Shown piece after piece: positions 20,653-29,040 of a DNA stretch of 48,888 nt (position 1 is its first letter; the number at the start of each line of letters is the position of its first letter). Origin of the DNA: Candidatus Alloenteromonas pullicola (GTDB lineage: Bacteria; Bacillota_I; Bacilli_A; RFN20; CAG-826); the NCBI GenBank assembly GCA_018714785.1, contig DVMV01000024.1, forward strand, positions 1 through 48,888, read 5' to 3'. The position numbers and the translations under genes were made by a program. Below the pieces are notes generated by a model. The model worked only from the letters and a program-made list of their open reading frames with translations. It was not told the origin of the DNA and ran no database searches.

Positions 20653-22127
20653 CAGTTGGCCCTCCTTACGGTGATGGTGGCGCCTTCATCGGTGAGCTTG
20701 CCGACCTCGAAGGTCAACCCGAGCTCGGGGCGGACGGCCCCATTGCCGTCGAAGCGGAAGTCGTGGTAGAAGCCATCGACCAGCGATTCCTTGCCGAAGA
20801 CGTCGCCCTCATGCCAGAGGTTGTCGTCGGTGATGTACATCGGGTTGGTCATCTGGCGGTTGGCGCCGGTGCTGTCGAGCAGCTGGACGAGGGCGTAGTT
20901 GCCCGCGATGCCGTAGACCGCGTTCACGTTGCGGCCGGAGTTGGTGTAGGCGAAGTCGTAGGCCAGGTCGGAGTTGAAATCCGGCTCGCCATAATATGGG
21001 TAGAACCCGTCGTCTCCGCCGGCGACTAAGCGGGAATCGACTTTGTAGACCCTGACGGCCGGCTCGGTCAAAGAGGAGCCGGAGTTAAGCCCGGTCGGGG
21101 TGAAGTAGTCGATGAGCAGGTACTCGCCGAAGAACCCGGTGTCCTCGTTGGACAGAAGCAGGCTCTCGCCCGGGGCGATGGTGTAGGTCGCCTCGCCCTC
21201 AAGCGAGGAGGCGATGACCTTGGTCGGCTCGGTCCAGCCTAGCAGGTACTTGGTAAAGGGATTGTGGTCGGAGATGCCCTCCTCGGTGACGTCGGTGTAG
21301 CCAAGCGGGGCGCGGACGTTGCCCTGCAGGTCGCCGGTCTGGTCGGAGTATTCCGGCACGCCGAGCAGGTCGGCGATGGCCTTGATGAAGCGGACGTTCA
21401 TCGGGTCCTGGGTGCCGAAGTTGGTCCCAAGCGACCCGCACATCCACTCGGCGGCGTTGGCCTTCTCGGCGGAGACCAGCTGATCGCGCATGAAGGAGGC
21501 GACCAGCTGGTCCATGGTCTCGTCGCCGTAGGTCCAGGTTCCGTTGTAGGCCGGGAAGGGGTTGGCGACGATGAGGTTGTCGATCTTCCCGTCGCCGTCC
21601 TGGTCGTAGTCGGCTATTGAGTTGCCCTCCGCGACCCAGGCGTCGATCGCCTCATCCAATGCGGAGGCGATGACCGGGGAGGAGCCGGTGCTGGCTAGGT
21701 TGTTGATGAAGTCCTCGAAGGTGGTCGAGATGGTGACCGGGGCCTCGACCGAGCCCGAGAGGCTTAGCTTGCCGCCGCTGGATTGCTGGTAGTAGCTGAG
21801 GGCGGTGTAGCCGACGGGGCTCGACTCGAATCCGGAATCGAGGGCCAGGATGTCCGAGGCGGTAATCTTGAAGATGTCATCGCTGAAGCTGAAGGGGATG
21901 ACCAATACCTTCTGGTCGCCCTCGCTTCCCATCGCCCCGCTGCCCTGCGATTGGCGCAGCAGCGAAAGCGGCGATCCCTGCTTCTCGGTCTGGGAGGTGC
22001 CAGACGAGTCGGTTTCCTCGCCATCCCCCAGGGACGAGGTCCCCGCGGGTTCGCAAGCGGCCAATAGGAGGGCGGATAGGGCTAGCGGGAATATTGCCCG
22101 CGTTAACCTTTCCTTTTTCTTTGACAT
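20652..22127 (-). CDS. M6 (immune inhibitor A-like) metalloprotease-fold lipoprotein lacking HExxH
   Basis: Lipobox LLAA-C; GDQKVLVIPFSFSD, SYYQQSSGGKLSLSG, YDQDGDGKID, DHNPFTKYLLGW..P, EYLLIDYFTPTGLN and VRVYKVDSRL. The expected HExxH position reads KAIAD. Confidence 0.78.
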   Translation of the reverse strand: MSKKKERLTRAIFPLALSALLLAACEPAGTSSLGDGEETDSSGTSQTEKQGSPLSLLRQSQGSGAMGSEGDQKVLVIPFSFSDDIFKITASDILALDSGFESSPVGYTALSYYQQSSGGKLSLSGSVEAPVTISTTFEDFINNLASTGSSPVIASALDEAIDAWVAEGNSIADYDQDGDGKIDNLIVANPFPAYNGTWTYGDETMDQLVASFMRDQLVSAEKANAAEWMCGSLGTNFGTQDPMNVRFIKAIADLLGVPEYSDQTGDLQGNVRAPLGYTDVTEEGISDHNPFTKYLLGWTEPTKVIASSLEGEATYTIAPGESLLLSNEDTGFFGEYLLIDYFTPTGLNSGSSLTEPAVRVYKVDSRLVAGGDDGFYPYYGEPDFNSDLAYDFAYTNSGRNVNAVYGIAGNYALVQLLDSTGANRQMTNPMYITDDNLWHEGDVFGKESLVDGFYHDFRFDGNGAVRPELGLTFEVGKLTDEGATITVRRAN

Positions 22128-22209
22128 GTGTTTCTCCTGTTAGCTTTCCTTTTTTTGTAAAAGCGTATTAAAGATATAACAAAGCGAAAAAATGTGTATC
22201 CCCAAATTT

Positions 22210-22223
22210 TGTAAGCGCTTCCA
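22210..22223. promoter_or_regulatory. cre-like LacI-family operator
   Basis: TGTAAGCGCTTCCA in the AT-rich divergent intergenic region; 12/14 identical to the site at 14585. Confidence 0.6.
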
Positions 22224-22289
22224 GAAAAAAATCTTGCACTTTTTATAAATCAATCTTTAATAGTCGTGGACGAAAGGAAATAGCAAATA

Positions 22290-23906
22290 ATGAAAAACAA
22301 AGGAAAAATTCTGCTGGCGGCGGTCCTCAGCGGCGCCCTTATGTCGGGCTGCGGTGGGAACGTGTCCAGCAGCGGGTCCATCGACGGCGGAGGAACCGGT
22401 TCATCGACTGAATCTTCCACCGCCACATCGACCTCGGAAACCTCTTCCGAGGATTTGGCCGAGGAGCTGTCGGACTCCGCCAAGCTCAAGCAGAGGCTGC
22501 TTCTGGCCTCCGACAGGGTCGTCACCTCGCGCCGTCTGTCGGTCGACCTGTCCGGCACAATCTATGACGACGGCAAGACCGAGTCGGTCTCATTGGCCAC
22601 CGCGACCGAAGGGCTCCGCACCTACACCGAGACCCCAGCCGGCGGGACCACGCGCACCTACGTCAGCTACGACGGCATCCTCGGCAGCGACTACTACAGC
22701 GTCGATTCGGACACCTATGGCTATTCGATCCGATATAAGGTCGGCGATGGCGGCACCTACGACGAGGAAAGCGCCGCGGCGACCATCGAGCTCGAGCACC
22801 AGGAGACCGGTCTGAAGGGCGCCTTGGCCTACGACGAGGCCCTGCTCGGGATGCGGTTCCTCGAAGGCGGGGACGTCGAGTCCACCGACCCCTGCCTTCA
22901 CGAGGTCGAATACACCGTCACCGCCACCGAGGGCGGATACGAAGCGGTCTGGGAGTCCTACTACGAGAACACCGAGACCAGCTCAGAGTACTACTACAAC
23001 GGCAACTTCCTGATCATCGCCTCCTTCGACGAGGATCTCAACCTGGTGGGGCTGCAGTCGGACGTCACCATCGTCTTCCCCGGCGAATGGGACGCCTCGA
23101 TCCACGCGCCGCTATCCACCGCCACCCCGATCCACCGGCTCTATGAGCTAAGCGACATCGTCTACGCCGAATCCTACCCGGCGACCGATCCCGCCCACCC
23201 GATACTCACCAACCTCGACGATTACTTCGTGAGCGAGGTCACCTCGGCCTCGTTGGTCAGCTGGAACGCCACCGGCCCCGGCGGAGCCTTCCAGGTCGGC
23301 GACACCGTAAAGCTCGACGACTCGAGCATCGAATACGCCCCCTCGACCGCGCTCAACGCCAACTACCTCACCATCACCGGAGCCTCGGAGGATGGGGTCT
23401 TGGTCGAAGCCGAGAAGATGGGCATGACCGCCACCGTCTTCGGCAAGGCCGGAACCTTCGAGCTCTACGTCGGGGATGAGGTCAGCCCGAGGCTCGGCAC
23501 CATCACCGTCACCGTCTCCGAGGTCGACACCTCCGGCGGCTCCAACGTCTCCTCGATCGATTGGACCGGATACGAGCATTCCGAGGACGCCACCTGGACC
23601 GAGACCAACCCGGTTTACAACGTCACTGTCCCCTTCAACTTCAACTGGAACCAGGTTTGGGTGCGCGTCGACGACGGGACCCAGGCGATGCTCGACAGGA
23701 TAATCCCGTCCTTCACCAACTCCAGCGTCATGCAGGTCCACTTCCTGGAGGATCCTTCCATGGCCTCGGCCGGATACGCCATCATGGAATTCTACCCGGT
23801 CATGAACAACACCACCACTACCATGACCATCACCAACCCCGATCCCAGCAAAGCCTGGGGCGTCGAGACCATCACGGTCAACTTCACCGTCGTTCCCAAC
23901 GCCTAA
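22290..23906 (+). CDS. Uncharacterised lipoprotein with probable C-terminal beta-rich (Ig-like) domains
   Basis: Lipobox LMSG-C, Ser/Thr/Gly linker, beta-rich C-terminal half ending ETITVNFTVV. Confidence 0.85.
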   Translation: MKNKGKILLAAVLSGALMSGCGGNVSSSGSIDGGGTGSSTESSTATSTSETSSEDLAEELSDSAKLKQRLLLASDRVVTSRRLSVDLSGTIYDDGKTESVSLATATEGLRTYTETPAGGTTRTYVSYDGILGSDYYSVDSDTYGYSIRYKVGDGGTYDEESAAATIELEHQETGLKGALAYDEALLGMRFLEGGDVESTDPCLHEVEYTVTATEGGYEAVWESYYENTETSSEYYYNGNFLIIASFDEDLNLVGLQSDVTIVFPGEWDASIHAPLSTATPIHRLYELSDIVYAESYPATDPAHPILTNLDDYFVSEVTSASLVSWNATGPGGAFQVGDTVKLDDSSIEYAPSTALNANYLTITGASEDGVLVEAEKMGMTATVFGKAGTFELYVGDEVSPRLGTITVTVSEVDTSGGSNVSSIDWTGYEHSEDATWTETNPVYNVTVPFNFNWNQVWVRVDDGTQAMLDRIIPSFTNSSVMQVHFLEDPSMASAGYAIMEFYPVMNNTTTTMTITNPDPSKAWGVETITVNFTVVPNA

Positions 23907-23924
23907 AGGGCGAAAGGCAAAACG

Positions 23925-23956
23925 AAAACCCAGGAGCGATCCTGGGTTTTATTTTT
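23925..23956. terminator. Bidirectional intrinsic terminator
   Basis: AAAACCCAGGA-gcga-TCCTGGGTTTT-ATTTTT between convergent genes. Confidence 0.85.
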
Positions 23957-24839
23957 GTCTTAGGAAGCTTAACGCCTCATCTAGCCAGCCTTCCGCCGAG
24001 GTGCCTTCGCCCATCCCCCATCCATGCCCATCTCCGGGATAGACGCGGTAGAGGTGCCTTACCCCGCGCTGGGACAGTGCCCTGTCGAAGGCGTCGGAGT
24101 TTATCGGCGGGACGACGTCGTCGGACTCGGCCCGCCAGAGGTAGGTTGGCGGATAATCGGGGTCGACGTGCCCCTCGGCGGAGAGGAAATCGAATAGGTC
24201 GCCCCTGCCGCCGGTGAACCACCGCTTGCTCGGCTCATGGGTCGGGAGGGAGAAGCTTATCACGGGATAGCCGAGTATCAGTGCTTGCGGCCTGGGGTAA
24301 TCGAAGGCCTCGGTCATGTCCTTGCGGCAAATGGTCGCCGATAGGTGCCCTCCGGCGGAGAAGCCTAAGAGCAAAGTCGGCAGCCTGCCGGCCTCCCGGA
24401 GGCATTCCGCCACCTGGATGACCGGCTTGGGGAAGCAGGCGTCGTCCTTGATCCCGTATCCGGCGATGTAGACCGAATAGCCCGCCTCCTGCAGCGGCCT
24501 GACGAAATCCAGCCCCTCGTTGGCCGATGCGATCATCTCATATCCCCCGCCGGGGACGACGACGGCGTTGGCCTTGGGGTTCCCTATGGGGAAACTGAGG
24601 TACCCGTATTCGATCGACTTGCGGTATGGATGGAAGCAGCCCGGATGGTCCATGATCAGCCCAACCAGCCCCGCGAAGGAAGGGTAGCCTTCCCCCAGGC
24701 AGGCGTCGGTCGCCTCCCGAAGGGTGACGTCGGGCCGCGCGGCGTAGAAAGCGTCTTCCAGGGGCAGGATCAGTTTCCTCGCCCCATGGACGTCTTGGTT
24801 CTCAAACAGCATCCGCACGGGGGTCTCGTCAATTCCCAT
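23949..24839 (-). CDS. Alpha/beta hydrolase (esterase/lipase)
   Basis: PGGGY, GFSAGGHL nucleophile motif, ILGYPVIS, D..VP and HG. Start moved to ATG 24839, which has an AGGAG SD. Confidence 0.9.
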   Translation of the reverse strand: MGIDETPVRMLFENQDVHGARKLILPLEDAFYAARPDVTLREATDACLGEGYPSFAGLVGLIMDHPGCFHPYRKSIEYGYLSFPIGNPKANAVVVPGGGYEMIASANEGLDFVRPLQEAGYSVYIAGYGIKDDACFPKPVIQVAECLREAGRLPTLLLGFSAGGHLSATICRKDMTEAFDYPRPQALILGYPVISFSLPTHEPSKRWFTGGRGDLFDFLSAEGHVDPDYPPTYLWRAESDDVVPPINSDAFDRALSQRGVRHLYRVYPGDGHGWGMGEGTSAEGWLDEALSFLRQK

Positions 24840-25959
24840 TGGACGGCTCCTGCTTCCTCGAGGAGGCGGCGAACCGCTGCTTCTGCAGCCCATAGGCCTC
24901 CAGCAGCTGGTGGTAATACAGCTTCCTCATCGTGACGTAGCGCTCCCGCTCCTGCTCGGAGACGGTCGACATGTAGAGGCTGGTGAAGACCTTCTCCAGC
25001 CGGAAGAAGGACTCATATAGCGAAAGAAGGGTCAGCGAGAAGAAGTAGTTCTTGCTCGAGTAGATGAGCAGCGGCGAGGAATGGGCGATCTCCGAGCTCA
25101 TCTCGTAGACCTTGGAGTAGGAGGAGAGGCCCGCCATCCGCTGGACCCCATCGCGGAAGTTCAGCTTGAAGCCGTCCTGCTTCTCCACCCCGTCGATCGC
25201 ATACAGCCAGCCGTATTCGATGAAGCGCTTCATGTCCTTGCTCTTTAGGTCGTGGCTTCTCATCTCGGACTTGATCTTGACGAACTCCTCGTCGGTCTCC
25301 TCCTTGGTCTTTAGCCCCCCGCGGAAGGCGAGGGCGTAGCGCATGTGGACCAGGTAGCGCTCGATGATCGGCTTGCCATATTTAAGCAGGCAATGGAGGA
25401 TGCACTCGTTCTCATGCAGCGTCCTCCAGGTCGAGAAGGCCTCGGTCTCGAAGCCGTTCTCCAATAGCGAGGTGACGCATTTGGCCATCTGGAAGCCCTT
25501 GTTCATAACGTCGACCACCAAGGTCTGCTGGGGGTCGTTCTTCTTGTAGCGGGATAGCATCCCCAGTATGAAGTTGAGGTAGAGGTCGAGGGTCGACATC
25601 ATCGGCGAGAAGCGCGAGGTCAAAGACCCCATCCGGTAGGCCAGGTGCTCATTGGTGAAGTATTTGTCCAGCGACACCGACGCTAGGAACCCCAGGTATT
25701 CCTGATTGTCCTTAAGCGTCTCGGGCTTGGTGGCGGTATGGGCGGCCAGATAGAAGGCATGCTCTGAGCAGATGTAAAGCGTGAGCGAGGCGAAGTTGAT
25801 GCCAAAACGCGAGATGACCGGGCTCTCCTCGCGCAGCTCGGTCGTCGCCTGCAGCGCGGCCTCGAAAGCCTCCTGGATCAGACCGTAGTCGAGCGATTCG
25901 GGGACCTTGAGGGCGGTTAGGAACGCCTTATAGTCTTTTATCGGGTTTTGGCTGGCCAT
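24829..25959 (-). CDS. DUF5677-like helical protein
   Basis: A...WRTLHE, YGW and Y..SS..AHSS motifs recalled as typical of DUF5677; not verified by a search. Confidence 0.65.
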   Translation of the reverse strand: MASQNPIKDYKAFLTALKVPESLDYGLIQEAFEAALQATTELREESPVISRFGINFASLTLYICSEHAFYLAAHTATKPETLKDNQEYLGFLASVSLDKYFTNEHLAYRMGSLTSRFSPMMSTLDLYLNFILGMLSRYKKNDPQQTLVVDVMNKGFQMAKCVTSLLENGFETEAFSTWRTLHENECILHCLLKYGKPIIERYLVHMRYALAFRGGLKTKEETDEEFVKIKSEMRSHDLKSKDMKRFIEYGWLYAIDGVEKQDGFKLNFRDGVQRMAGLSSYSKVYEMSSEIAHSSPLLIYSSKNYFFSLTLLSLYESFFRLEKVFTSLYMSTVSEQERERYVTMRKLYYHQLLEAYGLQKQRFAASSRKQEPSNGN

Positions 25960-25977
25960 AGGGGCATTTTACCCCCT

Positions 25978-28900
25978 TCAGGAGACCTTTTTCACTACCC
26001 CGCGCTCAACCGAGAGCAGATAGGCCTCCACTTTCTTGCCGAAAATGCGCTCGATCGACTTCTTATAGCCCAGCACCTGGGCGATGTAGGCCTCGTCGTC
26101 GAGGCTATACGACTTGAAGTCGAACAGGTCGATATGGTCGGGGTAGTCTAGGAACATGTCCACCACCCCCGAGTTGCCGTCTTGATCCTTGAAGCGGTAT
26201 TCGTGGTATTCCTCCGCTTCGCTCGAGCGATCGAAGATGGGCAGGCGAAGCACGGTTTCTATCTTCCGCCTCATGGACTCGGATATCCCTTCCGCGGGCG
26301 CTTTGCGGGTGAAGCTCGTCAGCTCGAGCGCCTTGTGGAGGTCGGTGCCGGAAAGCAAGGTGGCGAAGCTCTTCTCGGCTTGGCCGCGGGAATAGGAAGC
26401 CCGGGGCTCAGAAACCTTCATGTTGAGATTGGGCAGCTGGCGGAAGAACCCATTGGGGTCGATGCGCTTGGCTAAGGCGCCGCTTGCGGTCCCTTGGGAT
26501 GAAGGGAACGGCGGAAGGAAGCGGAATTTGGCGGCCATCAGGTCTACGATGTCGGCGTCGGACTTGGCGAAGCGGGCGAGGCCGCCATAGGGGCCTTTGC
26601 CCTCCGGCTTGGCCCTTACGAAGGTGAGCCGCTCCTTGGCCCGGGTTATGGCGACGTAAAGGAGCCTTATCTTCTCCGAGATGGCCTTTTTCCTCTCTGT
26701 GTCCTCGGTCAAGGTCTGCAGGAAGGTCGCCGAGCCGAATGGCTTGGAGGGCAATAGGCCATACTCTTCGGAGGAGACGATCTTCGCCCCGCCGCCGCCT
26801 TTGGCGTAGCTCCGCTCGAGGTCGGCGAGGTAGACATAGGTGAACTCCAGGCCCTTCGAGGCATGGACCGACATCCCCTTCACGCAGGGGAATAGCTTCT
26901 CCGAGGGCGAGGAGACCTTGACCTTGGCTTCGGACTTATCGGAGTCGCGCAGGAAGGCGGCGAATTCGGAAAAGCCTTGCAGCGATGAGTCGAACGAGGA
27001 GGCGAGGCTTAGCAGGAAGCTGAGGGCCTGCAGGTTCTCTCGGCGCTTGTCGACGTAGGCGAGGTTGTCGTAGAAGCCGAGCCAATCGAAGGCGTTCTGG
27101 AGGGCATCCTGGACTGGCAAACCCCGCAAAGCGGGCATTATCGATTTGATTCTGGCGACGATCGGAAGCGATTTCAGGTCGTTTTTGCGGGCTAGCTCGT
27201 GGATTGCCTCGTCGTCGAAATCGGGGCAGAGGTAGCTCCGCTGCAACCCCAACGCGCTGGACTTGAAGGCGAATGACGACTCATCCCCGCGGGCTAGGCA
27301 ATCCAATAGCTCGACCAGGCTGCAGGCGGAAAGAAACGACTCCGTGCCGCTGGTCGAGCTATCGATGGTCGGGGAGAAGGGGATGTGCATCTTGGAGAAC
27401 ACCTTCATGATGACCGGCAGCGAGTTCTTCCGGCTGACCAATATGGCGAAGTCGGAGTAGTCGGCGTCCCTGGTGGCGGGCTGCCCGTCCTTGAAGCAGG
27501 CGACCTGGGCCTTGGAGGCGACGATGCTCTTTATGTCCTCCCCGATGGCGCGCGCCATCTCCTCGAATTGGTTCCCGATCGATGGGTCGTACTCCATCAA
27601 GGCAAACCCGTGGATTGGGGAAGAGGAGGCGTCGTAATAGGCCGCCCCGGGGTTGAGGGCTTGGCCATTGGAGTAGTCCACCCCGCCGAAGTCCTTGCTC
27701 ATGAAGGAGGAGAACATGGCGTTGAGGCCATTGATTATCTGAGGCCTGGAGCGGAAGTTGTCGTCAAGCGAGATGAGCGTCCCATTGCCCTGCTCGCAAT
27801 CCTCCATCATCGAGAGGAACAGGTCGGGGTTGGCGTTGCGGAAGCGGTATATCGACTGCTTGATGTCGCCGACGCAGAAGAGGTTGTCGTGGGCGATCTC
27901 CTTCAGCAATTCCATCTGAAGGTTTGAGGTGTCCTGGAACTCGTCGACCATGATGAAGCGGTATTTATCCTGCAGCTGCTTCTTTATTTCGGGGATGCTC
28001 GCGACCTTCCTCGCGAAATAGGCGACGTCGGAGAAGGTGAAGGCGGAGTTCTCCCGCTTGTAGGAGTCGAGGCGATCATTGAGTTCCTCAGTGAGCTCAA
28101 GCACCGGGCGCATCAAGGCAAGCGCCTCAAGCTGCTGCTTGACGAGGTCCTCGTCGGAACCGGAAAGCAAGGCGCAGGCCTGCTTGTACTCGGCGCTGAC
28201 CACGGAGCGGATGGCCTTGTCCTCTGGGTTGAGCTCCTTGGGGGTCGCCCTCCTTAGGCCGGTGAAGAACCCGACCGACTCGCCCGGCTTTAGCGACTCG
28301 AAGGTATCAAGAACCTTCTTAATGTCCTCTACGTCGCGGTCGGAGGTCGAGGAGCCGTTCATGTTGGCGTATAGCGGCGCGAGGCTAAGGCAGTCGCGGA
28401 GCAGCGACTTCCCGTATTCGCGGTAGTCCTTGACCTTCGATGCCACGAAGCCCTCGCTCAGGTATTTTTCCCCGTAGGTTGCCAAAAAGGCGTCCTTGTC
28501 GCCTGAAAGCTCGCCGAGGGAGAGCAGGGCATTTACGTAGCGGTATAGGGTGTCGAAGCTGCTCCGGCAATAGATCGAGCAGAAGTCGCGGAATCCATCC
28601 GCCTCCCCGCCGATGGCCTTCTTCGACAATCGCTCCACGAGCTCGTCGAATATCCTCCGCTCCTCCGTCTTGAACAGGAACTCGTCCTGGATGGAGGGCG
28701 GCAAAGGCAGCCCCGCTTCCTCGTAATGCTCCATGAGCAAGGAGTTGGCGAAGGAGTCGAAGGTGCAGATCGACGCCTGCTCGACCTCATCGGCCATGGC
28801 CCTGACCTCGGGATGGGAAGAGGAGGCGATCTTGCCTCGGATGCGCTCCTTCATCTCGGCGGCGGCCTTCTCGGTGAAGGTGAGCACCAAAAGCTGCTTG

Positions 28901-29040
28901 GGGGTGCAGTGCTTCCCCTCGACTAGGTGCAGGGCCCGCTCGGAAAGGGTCTCGGTCTTCCCGCTGCCGGCCCCGGCGGAAACCAGGCAATTGCCATAGA
29001 CGAAATCTATGGCTTCCTGCTGCTTGCTAGTCGGCTTCAT
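25978..29040 (-). CDS. addA: AddA/RexA-like UvrD helicase-nuclease
   Basis: SAGAGSGKT, LTFT.KAA.EM, VDEFQDT, VGDIKQSIYRFR, NFRS, HASKGLEF and LLYVAITRAKE; C-terminal G.VD..DFKS nuclease motif. Start moved to ATG 29040 (GAGGAGG SD). Confidence 0.9.
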   Translation of the reverse strand: MKPTSKQQEAIDFVYGNCLVSAGAGSGKTETLSERALHLVEGKHCTPKQLLVLTFTEKAAAEMKERIRGKIASSSHPEVRAMADEVEQASICTFDSFANSLLMEHYEEAGLPLPPSIQDEFLFKTEERRIFDELVERLSKKAIGGEADGFRDFCSIYCRSSFDTLYRYVNALLSLGELSGDKDAFLATYGEKYLSEGFVASKVKDYREYGKSLLRDCLSLAPLYANMNGSSTSDRDVEDIKKVLDTFESLKPGESVGFFTGLRRATPKELNPEDKAIRSVVSAEYKQACALLSGSDEDLVKQQLEALALMRPVLELTEELNDRLDSYKRENSAFTFSDVAYFARKVASIPEIKKQLQDKYRFIMVDEFQDTSNLQMELLKEIAHDNLFCVGDIKQSIYRFRNANPDLFLSMMEDCEQGNGTLISLDDNFRSRPQIINGLNAMFSSFMSKDFGGVDYSNGQALNPGAAYYDASSSPIHGFALMEYDPSIGNQFEEMARAIGEDIKSIVASKAQVACFKDGQPATRDADYSDFAILVSRKNSLPVIMKVFSKMHIPFSPTIDSSTSGTESFLSACSLVELLDCLARGDESSFAFKSSALGLQRSYLCPDFDDEAIHELARKNDLKSLPIVARIKSIMPALRGLPVQDALQNAFDWLGFYDNLAYVDKRRENLQALSFLLSLASSFDSSLQGFSEFAAFLRDSDKSEAKVKVSSPSEKLFPCVKGMSVHASKGLEFTYVYLADLERSYAKGGGGAKIVSSEEYGLLPSKPFGSATFLQTLTEDTERKKAISEKIRLLYVAITRAKERLTFVRAKPEGKGPYGGLARFAKSDADIVDLMAAKFRFLPPFPSSQGTASGALAKRIDPNGFFRQLPNLNMKVSEPRASYSRGQAEKSFATLLSGTDLHKALELTSFTRKAPAEGISESMRRKIETVLRLPIFDRSSEAEEYHEYRFKDQDGNSGVVDMFLDYPDHIDLFDFKSYSLDDEAYIAQVLGYKKSIERIFGKKVEAYLLSVERGVVKKVS

